Assembly (NCBI GenBank): GCA_964535055.1
Contig: CAZHRP010000008.1
Span: forward strand, 1 to 29,528
From: an uncultured Chthoniobacteraceae bacterium
Lineage (GTDB): Bacteria > Verrucomicrobiota > Verrucomicrobiia > Chthoniobacterales > CAKUMP01
DNA length: 29,528 nt
Direction: 5' to 3'
Below, piece by piece: positions 1-8,825 of the stretch. How positions within the stretch are numbered: the stretch's first letter is position 1; each line of letters opens with the position of its first letter. A program made the position numbers and the translations under genes. The notes below the pieces were generated by a model, which searched no databases, had not been told where the DNA came from, and worked only from the letters and a program-made list of their open reading frames with translations.

Positions 1-387
1 ATGTTCGGTGCTACAATCGGTGAAGGTGTTGTCATCCGCCAGGGCTGCAACATCAGTTTCCCGTGGCGCCTGACCGTCGGTGATTATGTCTGGATTGGAG
101 AAGAAGTAACGATTTTGTCCCTCGCTTCAGTGACTATCGGCTCTCATGTCTGCATCTCTCAGCAGGCATTCCTGTGTACCGGATCGCATGATTTCAGCAA
201 AGACTCCTTTGACCTGATTACCAAACCCATCTGCATCGGCGATCATAGTTGGCTGGCAGCCCGCGTGTTTGTAGCGCCCGGCGTGTCTATCGGTCGTCAT
301 GTTTTGGCGGCTGCCGGTGCCGTGATCATTAAGGCACTGCCGGACAACACCATGGCAGGTGGTAATCCCGCACAGATTATTACATAG
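1..387 (+). CDS. wcaF: WcaF-family hexapeptide-repeat (LbH) acetyltransferase, probably 5'-partial
   Basis: Hexapeptide repeats (VGDYVWIGEEV, IGSHVCISQQA, IGDHSWLAARV) and the WcaF-type ISQQAFLCTGSHD motif. It begins at FGATIG, which is internal in this family, so the true start probably lies upstream of the window. Confidence 0.8.
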   Translation: MFGATIGEGVVIRQGCNISFPWRLTVGDYVWIGEEVTILSLASVTIGSHVCISQQAFLCTGSHDFSKDSFDLITKPICIGDHSWLAARVFVAPGVSIGRHVLAAAGAVIIKALPDNTMAGGNPAQIIT

Positions 388-390
388 CAC

Positions 391-837
391 ATGCCTCAAC
401 CGCTCGAACAGGACCGGCAAGATGCCTATGGCGCTGCAATTTTTGATTACTATTGCGGTCAGGAGGCAGTCGAAATCGTTGAGCGCGATGACGGTTTTAT
501 TATCGCATCGAGTGGCCCGGCCATCTATTTTGCCGACTATAATGATTGGCATCCGCAGGAACGCATCGCCCTGCGAAATGTCAGCGGACGGGTACTGGAC
601 ATCGGATGTGGTGCCGGCCGCCACTCACTTTACCTGCAATCACGCAGCCACTCGGTCATGGCTATTGATAGCTCACCACTGGCTATCAAAGTCTGTCGCC
701 AACGCGGAATCACTAATGCTCATGTTCTGACTGCCAGTCAATTGACTCTAGCTTGCGGGAAATTTGACTTGATGTTGCTCATGGGTAATAACCTCGGGCT
801 ATTGCGCAACCGTAACCACGCTCACTGGCTGCTGTAG
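391..837 (+). CDS. Class I SAM-dependent methyltransferase, apparently C-terminally truncated (possible pseudogene)
   Basis: Motif I VLDIGCGAG, acidic motif II AIDSS and post-II FDLMLLMGNN are present. TAG at 835-837 follows shortly after, before the remaining Rossmann strands. Confidence 0.7.
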   Translation: MPQPLEQDRQDAYGAAIFDYYCGQEAVEIVERDDGFIIASSGPAIYFADYNDWHPQERIALRNVSGRVLDIGCGAGRHSLYLQSRSHSVMAIDSSPLAIKVCRQRGITNAHVLTASQLTLACGKFDLMLLMGNNLGLLRNRNHAHWLL

Positions 838-912
838 ACAGGAACGACTCCAATAACTTGTATACCGCAACCCTGGTAACTGCTTGAATGCTCAATCAGA
901 TCATTGCTGACG

Positions 913-1509
913 CTACACGTAGGCTAAGCGGGCTGCTACTGCGTCTACCTCAGTAGAGTTATCGATTAACTCGGTAATCGGATCCCATTTGCCGGCCAGT
1001 AGTGCATGCCTGGCAGAATCTCTGATCTCAAGCGGACATGTCAGGCTGCCTGCTCGAATTTCCCGCGACTCCAGGTCAATCGATAGTTCAGTGGCAGGTG
1101 TTGCCTCGATTAGCTCGGCTAGCGCAGCAATGTCAGTTCGTGAGGCACTGACACAAGGCATCCCCAATTGGGTCGAATTGCCGAAAAAGATTTCTGCAAA
1201 ACTTTCCGCGATGACAGCCCGGAATCCGGCCCGGTATATCGCTTGCGGGGCATGTTCGCGCGAACTGCCGCAGCCAAAATTACTGCCGCTTAGCAAGATT
1301 GTTGCGTCAGCAAACCGTGGATCATTTAAATTATGCGGCTTTTCACTACCATCTTCCTGCTTCCGCACATCATGGAACAGAAATTCGCCAAGTCCATCGA
1401 ACGTAACGCATTTCATGAAGCGTGCCGGAATTATCCGGTCGGTATCAATATCGTCACCGGGAACGTGTACACCACGCCCTACTACTGTTGTTATTTTATC
1501 CAATGCCAT
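913..1509 (-). CDS. leuD: 3-isopropylmalate dehydratase small subunit
   Basis: DIDTDRIIPARF, NFGCGSSREHAPQA and SFAEIFFGN motifs; 5 nt downstream of leuC. Confidence 0.97.
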   Translation of the reverse strand: MALDKITTVVGRGVHVPGDDIDTDRIIPARFMKCVTFDGLGEFLFHDVRKQEDGSEKPHNLNDPRFADATILLSGSNFGCGSSREHAPQAIYRAGFRAVIAESFAEIFFGNSTQLGMPCVSASRTDIAALAELIEATPATELSIDLESREIRAGSLTCPLEIRDSARHALLAGKWDPITELIDNSTEVDAVAARLAYV

Positions 1510-1514
1510 AATCT

Positions 1515-2942
1515 TTAAGCCGCTACCTCCGCACCGATATCAAAAACTTCCCGGGCATCACTCACTTCTCCGGTCACAGCCGCAGCCGCTACCATCAATG
1601 GGCTCATCAATATTGTTCGCCCGGTAGTGCTGCCCTGGCGGCCCTTGAAATTGCGGTTGCTCGAACTGGCACACAATTGATCACCGATCAACTTGTCAGG
1701 GTTCATTGCCAGACACATCGAACAGCCAGCCCCACGCCATTCGAATCCTGCATCCTTAAACACGCGGTCGATACCCAACTCTTCAGCCACTTTGGCCACC
1801 CCTTGAGAACCAGGCACACAAATTGCCATAATGCCGTCCGCCACCTTGCGCCCTGCCAGATACTTGGCCACTTCCTGCAGGTCGCTCAAACGACCATTAG
1901 TACAGGAACCCAGAAATGCCACATCAACTTTCTTGCCACGGATCGGCTCGCCACCTTCGAACTTCATATGCTCCAGCGCCTCCAGAATTCCTGCTCGCTC
2001 GCTTTCCGTGCGACCGTCCTCAGGGCTTGGAATGTCTTCATCGATGAAAATTCCCTGCCCCGGATTGATCCCCCAGGTCACTGTCGGCCCGATATCCTCT
2101 GCCCGAATGTCAACCACATCGTCGTACTCGGCATCCGCGTCCGAAGCGACCAGCCGCCACCGCTCAACTGCAGCGTCCCAATCATCGCCTTTGGGTGCAT
2201 ACGGGCGGCCTTCCAAGTATTCGAAGGTCGTCTCGTCCGGGTTCACATAACCAACGCGCGCACCACCCTCGATCGACATGTTGCAAACCGTCATCCGCTG
2301 CTCCATCGAAAAACCATCAAACACGTCGCCCCCGTACTCATAAGCAAAACCAGTACCGCCATTCACACCCAGCACCCGAATGATATGCAGGATCACATCC
2401 TTGGCATAAACACCCGGTGCCAGCCTGCCATTGACATTTATTCGCCGTACCTTCAAAGGTGCCAGCGCCATAGTCTGGGTGGCCAGCAAGTCACGCACCT
2501 GACTGGTACCAATACCAAACGCAACAGCACCGAAAGCACCATGCGTCGAAGTATGCGAATCCCCGCACGCAATCGTCGTGCCCGGTTGGGTGATCCCCTG
2601 TTCGGGCCCGACAATGTGCACGATCCCCTGCATTCCGGATGTAGTATCAAAAAAGCGGATGCCAAACTCTTCACAATTACGCCGCAACTCTTCGATCATC
2701 GCCTGTGCCAGCGGATCGGAATACGGTTCCGTAGTTTCGTTGGTCGGAACGATGTGATCGACCGTGGCAAATGTTCGCTGCGGAAATTTGACCCGCAAGC
2801 CCAGGTCGCGCAGCATGCCAAAAGCTTGCGGACTGGTAACCTCGTGAATCATGTGGGTGCCGATGAAGAGCTGCGTCTGGCCGTTAGCCAAAGTTGCTAC
2901 CCGGTGAGCATCCCAAACTTTCTGAAATAATGTCTTACCCAT
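1515..2942 (-). CDS. leuC: 3-isopropylmalate dehydratase large subunit
   Basis: [38 protein letters not shown] and [12 protein letters not shown] (Fe-S ligand cysteines). Start placed at ATG 2942 ([13 protein letters not shown]) rather than TTG 2963. Confidence 0.97.
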   Translation of the reverse strand: MGKTLFQKVWDAHRVATLANGQTQLFIGTHMIHEVTSPQAFGMLRDLGLRVKFPQRTFATVDHIVPTNETTEPYSDPLAQAMIEELRRNCEEFGIRFFDTTSGMQGIVHIVGPEQGITQPGTTIACGDSHTSTHGAFGAVAFGIGTSQVRDLLATQTMALAPLKVRRINVNGRLAPGVYAKDVILHIIRVLGVNGGTGFAYEYGGDVFDGFSMEQRMTVCNMSIEGGARVGYVNPDETTFEYLEGRPYAPKGDDWDAAVERWRLVASDADAEYDDVVDIRAEDIGPTVTWGINPGQGIFIDEDIPSPEDGRTESERAGILEALEHMKFEGGEPIRGKKVDVAFLGSCTNGRLSDLQEVAKYLAGRKVADGIMAICVPGSQGVAKVAEELGIDRVFKDAGFEWRGAGCSMCLAMNPDKLIGDQLCASSSNRNFKGRQGSTTGRTILMSPLMVAAAAVTGEVSDAREVFDIGAEVAA

Positions 2943-3001
2943 AAATCTAAACTCTAGTTGCAAATGATACTATCTGTCATCCCGCCATCGTTGGCAACCC
3001 A

Positions 3002-4369
3002 TTAGCTGGAGTTACGCTGCTGCGCCTCCAGCCATACAGCATAACTGGCGATAAATCCGGGAGCAAAATCCTGCGGCCGCATTCGCAACCACTCTCCTAG
3101 CAGCTCCCGGCAAAAAAACTCCCCCGCTTCGATCTCCGCAGGCGGCAATCGAAATGGGCCTTCGTGTATACCACTATAAACCTCGACAAACTCCCAGCCG
3201 GTTTGCTCACTGGCTGCCAGCCGGCCAACCCTTTCCAGTGGCACTTCAACTCCAAGCTCTTCTACAACTTCACGCGCCGCAGCTTGCCGGTATGTCTCGC
3301 CGGCATCAAGGTGTCCTGCCGCACTGCTATCCCACTTACCCGGGCACACGTCTTTCCACTGGGATCGCTTTTGCAGAAAAACCTCACCCGCTGAATTCTC
3401 GACCAGAATATGCACCGAACGATGCTTTAACTGCTCGGCATGCACAGCTTGGCGGGTGGCCGTGCCAACCACCTCGTCATTCTCATCAACTACGTCAAAA
3501 ATCTCATGCTCCGGAGCTTGCGCCAATTGACCAGTGAAACCACTCAGCAGATTGACCAGGCGCACCCAGCTCAGAACATCCAGATCTTCAGCCCGACATT
3601 TATGATCGATTTCGAGCTGTGCGCAAAGTTGCCGCCAGTCAGCCGCTCCAACCGGTAACAAATTCCCTAACTGCTTGCGCCGCTGCGAAAACCCCAACCG
3701 CACCAAGCGCTCGAATTCTGCAGCCTCACAGGGCTCACAGTCGCTGCTTGGTCGAAGCTGAAATTTCAGCAATGCAGAATCAACTCGCGGCCGCGGATAA
3801 AAAACCGCTGGCGGTACTTTGCGTAATAATTCGATGTGCCAACGCCGTTGCAGAACCACGGCTGCAGACCCATAACTATCCTGACCGGGTCGAGCCGCTA
3901 TACGCTCCGCCAGTTCTTGCTGCAACATGACCACCGCTTCTCTGATCGGTGAGGCAGCCTGCAAGAAACGAAACAGAATCGGTGCCGAACTCTTGTAAGG
4001 CAAATTACCAAGCAGATATTCAATTCCACGTGGATGTAAACAGCGCGTGTCATATCCGGCGGCATCCACTACCTCAACCTCCACCTTGTCCGAATCTCCA
4101 AATCGATCTCGCAGATAGCCCGCCAGTTTGCGGTCCCACTCGATCGCCAGTACTCCCGCCCGCGACTCTTCCAATAAACCGGTCAATGCACCAAGCCCGG
4201 GGCCGATTTCTACCACAGCTGCCGTACCACCACCCAGCGCCCGGGTAATCGATGCTGCTAAATTCTGATCAAATAGAAAATTCTGCCCTAAAACTTTCGA
4301 TGGTGTCACCCCAATGGTCGCTAAAATTTGCTGGATTTCATGCAAACTCACCACTTCATAGAAACCCAT
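3002..4369 (-). CDS. rsmA: 16S rRNA m6,2A1518/A1519 dimethyltransferase RsmA/KsgA fused to a C-terminal Nudix hydrolase domain
   Basis: N-terminal LGQNFL, VEIGPGLG, GNLPY and FxQRRKQLGN motifs. The C-terminal ~165 aa carry a complete Nudix box G-HLDAG-E-TYRQAAA-REVVEELGV in the same uninterrupted ORF. Confidence 0.92.
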   Translation of the reverse strand: MGFYEVVSLHEIQQILATIGVTPSKVLGQNFLFDQNLAASITRALGGGTAAVVEIGPGLGALTGLLEESRAGVLAIEWDRKLAGYLRDRFGDSDKVEVEVVDAAGYDTRCLHPRGIEYLLGNLPYKSSAPILFRFLQAASPIREAVVMLQQELAERIAARPGQDSYGSAAVVLQRRWHIELLRKVPPAVFYPRPRVDSALLKFQLRPSSDCEPCEAAEFERLVRLGFSQRRKQLGNLLPVGAADWRQLCAQLEIDHKCRAEDLDVLSWVRLVNLLSGFTGQLAQAPEHEIFDVVDENDEVVGTATRQAVHAEQLKHRSVHILVENSAGEVFLQKRSQWKDVCPGKWDSSAAGHLDAGETYRQAAAREVVEELGVEVPLERVGRLAASEQTGWEFVEVYSGIHEGPFRLPPAEIEAGEFFCRELLGEWLRMRPQDFAPGFIASYAVWLEAQQRNSS

Positions 4370-4535
4370 TCCACAATCTTCCGCAAGTCCTTCAAAATGC
4401 AGTAAAAAACGTCATGGAACACCAGCTTATACACAACTTATTCACAATTTCTTATAGTATTGATAATGAGTACTTTAAGTTATATTTAATGGCATTAAAT
4501 AAGGAATTGTTCCACAGCCAAATCGAAGCTCCACA
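4367..4535. other. AT-rich DnaA-box cluster (candidate oriC-like or DnaA-regulated element)
   Basis: Two perfect boxes plus degenerate co-oriented ones (CATTCCACA 4367-4375, TGTTCCACA 4508-4516, AGCTCCACA 4527-4535). Only 12 of 60 bases are G/C in 4441-4500. Confidence 0.5.
4427..4446 (+). promoter_or_regulatory. Tandem DnaA boxes (TTATACACA and TTATTCACA)
   Basis: Two exact matches to TTWTNCACA at 4427-4435 and 4438-4446, same orientation, 2 nt apart, in an intergenic region. Confidence 0.65.
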
Positions 4536-4560
4536 ATTCAAGTGATTGGAGCCATTATGA

Positions 4561-5040
4561 TTAGTATGAAAACCCGTTGACTCGCGTCCGGATCATGGGT
4601 TCTGCTGAAGCATCCTGTAAATTGCCGTCGACCACTTCTGCGAGCACCACTACATGATCTCCGGCGTCGACCTGCTGTTGGTAGCGGCACTGCAAGAACG
4701 CCATTGCTTCAGCCAGTTGGGGAGTTCTTTCTGAGTTGTCTATTAATTCAATCCCTTCAAAAGGACTGCTGACATCCGGGCTTGAGAATGGCTTGATGAC
4801 TTTTGCTGCAGATTTGGCGATCACATTGATTCCAAAACGCCCGTCGTTGAGCATGGCATCGAGTACCGCTCGATCTTTGCCGATTGCCGCAGTTACCATC
4901 GGCGGTTCAAAACCAGCCTGCTCAATGAAACTGGCCAGCATACCGACCGGTTGACCATCTAAACGCGCAGTTATTATGTAAATGCCCGAACTCACTTTAG
5001 CTAAGGCCGGGCCGATTCTTTGTTTCAGTTCTTCTGTCAT
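4561..5040 (-). CDS. Flavin reductase-like (FMN-binding split-barrel) protein
   Basis: SGIYIITA, MLASFIEQAGFEPP, INV and the C-terminal AGDHVVVLAEV motif; resembles the flavin-reductase domain of flavodiiron proteins. Confidence 0.85.
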   Translation of the reverse strand: MTEELKQRIGPALAKVSSGIYIITARLDGQPVGMLASFIEQAGFEPPMVTAAIGKDRAVLDAMLNDGRFGINVIAKSAAKVIKPFSSPDVSSPFEGIELIDNSERTPQLAEAMAFLQCRYQQQVDAGDHVVVLAEVVDGNLQDASAEPMIRTRVNGFSY

Positions 5041-5048
5041 GATTAGTG

Positions 5049-6110
5049 TTACGCCTGTCCACGTTGACGGACTGCCTGCGCCAGGCCGGCCAGCACATCT
5101 TCCGTAGTTGCCAATGACATGCAGGCGTCGGTGACACTCTGCCCGTAGACCAGGTCATTGCCGACGACCAGGTCCTGTCGTCCCTCGACCAGGTTACTTT
5201 CGAGCATTACGGCGCCAACATTCCAACTGCCGTCAGCAATCTGAGCTGCAACATTCGCGGCCACCTCAACCTGCATCGCCGGTTTTTTACCGCTGTTGGC
5301 ATGGCTGCAATCGACCATCAATACTTCCGGCTGGTCCGCCTCGCGTAGCAATTTGACCGCTTCAGCGACACTTGCAGCAGAGTAATTGGGACCGGTCCTC
5401 GAACCACCGCGCAGAATAATATGGCAGCCGTCATTGCCGGTTGTTTGAAAAATCGCTGCTACTCCCTGCTTGGTGACTGACGGAAACCAATGCGGCGATC
5501 GGCACGAACGCAAGGCATCAACAGCCAACTGCACATTGCCCCCGGTACCATTCTTAAACCCTACCGGCATCGATAACCCTGAACTTAATTCACGATGGAT
5601 CTGGCTCTCGCTGGTGCGTGCACCTATTGCTGCCCACGAGACCAGGTCGGCTATAAATTGCGGGATAATTGTGTCAAGGAACTCAGTGGCACACGGTAGC
5701 CCGATCTGGTTAATTTTCAGCAGCAGTCCACGGGCAGTGCGCAGGCCATGGTTGATCTGGAAGCTGTTATCTAGGTAAGGATCATTGATCAGGCCTTTCC
5801 AACCCACTGTGGTCCTGGGCTTCTCAAAATACACCCTCATCAATAAAAATAACTCATCACTGAAACGGTCTGCCAATACCTTCAAGTGCTGCGCATAATC
5901 TACTGCTGCCTCCGGATCATGAATCGAGCATGGCCCGACGATTACCCCCAGTCGCCGGTCGTTGCCATGCATGATCGATTGCAAGGTGCTCCGGCTGTCG
6001 GCAACCAGCTGGGAAACTTGTTCGGTAACCGGCAGCTCTTCGAGCAGGATAGCCGGTGGCAATAGCGGCCGCAGCGCTTTAATTCTCACATCATCTACAT
6101 TGATTAACAT
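5049..6110 (-). CDS. aroF: 3-deoxy-D-arabino-heptulosonate 7-phosphate (DAHP) synthase, class I-alpha (AroF/AroG/AroH type)
   Basis: VGPCSIHD, MRVYFEKPRTTVGWKGLINDP, IGARTSESQIHRELSSG, DCSHANS and GQSVTDAC motifs. The isoenzyme specificity cannot be assigned. Confidence 0.93.
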   Translation of the reverse strand: MLINVDDVRIKALRPLLPPAILLEELPVTEQVSQLVADSRSTLQSIMHGNDRRLGVIVGPCSIHDPEAAVDYAQHLKVLADRFSDELFLLMRVYFEKPRTTVGWKGLINDPYLDNSFQINHGLRTARGLLLKINQIGLPCATEFLDTIIPQFIADLVSWAAIGARTSESQIHRELSSGLSMPVGFKNGTGGNVQLAVDALRSCRSPHWFPSVTKQGVAAIFQTTGNDGCHIILRGGSRTGPNYSAASVAEAVKLLREADQPEVLMVDCSHANSGKKPAMQVEVAANVAAQIADGSWNVGAVMLESNLVEGRQDLVVGNDLVYGQSVTDACMSLATTEDVLAGLAQAVRQRGQA

Positions 6111-6180
6111 ATCGCGCGATACTAACGGGAGCTACTCTGATGACAATCAGAAGTTACCGCCAACGGCAGACTCGGTTGCA

Positions 6181-7791
6181 TCAGGCGGCAGATATGGGCG
6201 GCGCGCTGGCAGGGGTAACCTCGCCGGCTTCTTCGGGCACCTCAGATTCTGCTTCCTCATCTTCTTTAGGATAAGCAATGCGGCTATGCATCATGCTGCG
6301 CAACGTAAACAGGAATTTAGCGCCAATCGCCTTCAAGTCTCGCATTGTCAAATCACAGTCATCCAACTGGCCATCTACCAGCCGGCTTTGGATGATGTCG
6401 CTGATCAGCTGTTCCAGTTTCTGCGGGCTCGGCTTGGCCAGTGAACGCGAGGCACTTTCCACCGAATCTGCCAGACTCAGAATAGCTGCCTCTTTGGTCT
6501 GTGGCCTTGGCCCCGGGTAGCGGAAACTTTCCTGGCTGACTTCCGGAATGTCTTCATCGCGCAAATTCATGATCTTGCCACCCAGTTTGGCATCCTTTTG
6601 CTGCTGGATCGCGCGGTTATAAAAGAAGCTGACCAGACTGGTGCCATGGTGCTGCTGGATGGCATCAACAATCTCCTGATTCAGCTTGTGCTTGAGCGCC
6701 AGATCGACTCCCTCCTTCACGTGTGCAATGATGATCAAGGCACTCATGGTCGGTGCCAGGTCGTCGTGCGGATTCTGGCTGGACGGCATATTTTCTGTAA
6801 AATAGCCCGGCTTGACCAGCTTACCTACATCATGGAAGTACGCGCTGACCCTGCAGATCGTCGGGTTGGCACCTACTTCTTCGGCAGCCGATTCTGCCAG
6901 GTTGGCTACCACCAGGCTATGATGGTATGTGCCCGGAGCCTCGATGGTCATGCGCTTGAGCAACTCATGGTTGAGATCCGCCATTTCCAGCCAGCTAATG
7001 TCTGTAGTTATGCCAAATAAACTCTCCAGCATTGGAAGAATGCCGCTGACCAGTATTGCGGTGGCTACGCCGATGCCAATGGCAACCAGACTCTGCAGAC
7101 CAACTGCCTGCCAGTCGGTCTCAGCTAGTGGCCAACTAAATGGGCCGATCATCCCAAAGGTTAATGCCAACACCCAGGTCGCTACACCGATATACACACC
7201 GGCTCTTACCAATCTGCTACGACGCCTAACCTGCAGCGTCACAAACACTGCAATAAATCCGCAAATCAGGCTCATGACTACAAACACAGGGTCCATATCA
7301 CTCAATAATAATGACCCCCACAAACTGCCAAACACCGCCGCAAAGAGTCCGTAGTTGCGCCCCATGAGAACACTCAGCACCAGTGGCGCAAAACCTAAGG
7401 GCAACATCAGATAGGCAAATTGCTGCGACATCGCACCCGACTCAGCGATCTCTAGCGGTAGCCGTAACAGCATCAAATGCAGTAATAACACCCCAAATAC
7501 CAGCAATACCTTGGAGTTGCAGGAAAATCCAGCCCCGTGGCCAAGCCACATCTGAACGACTGCTGTACCCAGGATCAGTCCGCTTATCAGGACGCTCTTA
7601 ACCGGCTCCGATTGCTCCGTAGAAAAAATCAATGCCCCGAGCCCGGCCATAAAGCCAAACAAAATCAGGATTCGCGGCAGCCAACCGTTTTCAATGCGGT
7701 CGAAAAATGTACTGCGCGACTGCTTACGGCGTGTCTTATTACAAGCCAGACCTTTTTTAATCAGTCTCTGTCTATCAAAAAATCGAATCAT
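6181..7791 (-). CDS. 7TM-HD family membrane phosphohydrolase (PgpH-like)
   Basis: About 8 hydrophobic segments followed by APGTYHHSLVVANLAE, YFHDVGK, IIAHVKEG, QHHGT, YPGPRPQTKE and LADSVE. Confidence 0.88.
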   Translation of the reverse strand: MIRFFDRQRLIKKGLACNKTRRKQSRSTFFDRIENGWLPRILILFGFMAGLGALIFSTEQSEPVKSVLISGLILGTAVVQMWLGHGAGFSCNSKVLLVFGVLLLHLMLLRLPLEIAESGAMSQQFAYLMLPLGFAPLVLSVLMGRNYGLFAAVFGSLWGSLLLSDMDPVFVVMSLICGFIAVFVTLQVRRRSRLVRAGVYIGVATWVLALTFGMIGPFSWPLAETDWQAVGLQSLVAIGIGVATAILVSGILPMLESLFGITTDISWLEMADLNHELLKRMTIEAPGTYHHSLVVANLAESAAEEVGANPTICRVSAYFHDVGKLVKPGYFTENMPSSQNPHDDLAPTMSALIIIAHVKEGVDLALKHKLNQEIVDAIQQHHGTSLVSFFYNRAIQQQKDAKLGGKIMNLRDEDIPEVSQESFRYPGPRPQTKEAAILSLADSVESASRSLAKPSPQKLEQLISDIIQSRLVDGQLDDCDLTMRDLKAIGAKFLFTLRSMMHSRIAYPKEDEEAESEVPEEAGEVTPASAPPISAA

Positions 7792-7823
7792 TGGTATTGC
7801 CCCCGTTGATTACTAGTGTCGTC

Positions 7824-8795
7824 TCAATTAAGTGGTTTGTCATCTACTGATCGGCGACTTTCTCCATAAGCTTTGATAATTGCCTGAACCAATTCATGCC
7901 TGATCACATCGCGTTCGCCAAATTCCAGGATACCAATGCCACTGACCCCTGCCAGTATCTGCAGGGCTTCTATCAGACCCGAGCGCTTGCTGTGCGGCAA
8001 GTCAATTTGCGTCACATCGCCAGTCACTACGCATTTGCTGTCATCACCCATCCGCGTCAAAAACATCAGCATTTGCTCGGTAGTAGTATTTTGCGCTTCA
8101 TCCAAAATAATGAAGGCATGATTCAAGGTTCGTCCACGCATGTAAGCCAGCGGGGCGATCTCAACCACGCCTTTGTCGATGTAACGCTGCACCTCAGCAG
8201 CTTCCATCATGTCGTAAAGCGCATCGTACAATGGTCTCAGATACGGAAAAATCTTTTCATGCAGGTCACCGGGCAAAAAGCCCAACGCCTCACCAGCCTC
8301 GACCGCCGGCCGGGTCAAAATAATTCGATTGACCCGTTGGTCTCGCAATGCTTCGACAGCCATCGCCATCGCCAGATAGGTTTTACCGGTGCCGGCTGGC
8401 CCGACTCCAAATACCATATCATGCCGGCGAATCAATTCAGTATAATCGCGTTGAGCGCTATTGCGCGGCATCACTGGCTGCCTCTTGGTACCCAATCGGA
8501 TCGCCGCTTTGCGCAACTCACCCAAATCATCCTCGCCGTCTTCCGTCACCGCCCGGATGGCCTGGCGAAAATCCAGCGGCGCGACTGCATTCTGCGCTTC
8601 ATGCAAGTCACCAAGCTGCCGGAACAAGCGCACAGCTTTCGCAACGTTCTCGTCACCACCTTCGATCCGCAACCAGCCATCACGGGCCGTCAATTTGACT
8701 GCCAGTGCATCTTCTGCCAAGCGCAACAACGCCGGATCATTGGCGTGGATCTCATGCAATTCGCGAGCGCTTTGAAATTCGAGAGTTTGCGTCAT
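7824..8795 (-). CDS. phoH: PhoH/YbeZ-family ATPase
   Basis: Walker A GPAGTGKT, LTRPAVEAGEALGFLPGD, AYMRGRTL, ILDEAQN and GDVTQIDLP. Confidence 0.93.
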   Translation of the reverse strand: MTQTLEFQSARELHEIHANDPALLRLAEDALAVKLTARDGWLRIEGGDENVAKAVRLFRQLGDLHEAQNAVAPLDFRQAIRAVTEDGEDDLGELRKAAIRLGTKRQPVMPRNSAQRDYTELIRRHDMVFGVGPAGTGKTYLAMAMAVEALRDQRVNRIILTRPAVEAGEALGFLPGDLHEKIFPYLRPLYDALYDMMEAAEVQRYIDKGVVEIAPLAYMRGRTLNHAFIILDEAQNTTTEQMLMFLTRMGDDSKCVVTGDVTQIDLPHSKRSGLIEALQILAGVSGIGILEFGERDVIRHELVQAIIKAYGESRRSVDDKPLN

Positions 8796-8825
8796 TGATC
8801 TAATCTACCGGGCTCGACCGGATGC

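Noticed and set aside
1677-2930. 417-aa ORF on the + strand
   Set aside because: Entirely antisense to leuC with no recognisable motif; a shadow ORF produced by codon bias.
3030-3510. Calling the Nudix domain an isopentenyl-diphosphate isomerase
   Set aside because: The scaffold is similar, but the catalytic Cys position reads SSAAGH, and the Nudix box is canonical.
4252-4545. 97-aa + strand ORF across the AT-rich region
   Set aside because: Overlaps the rsmA start antisense, begins at CTG and has atypical composition; the DnaA-box region explains the sequence better.
7896-8798. 300-aa ORF on the + strand
   Set aside because: Antisense shadow of phoH with no domain features.
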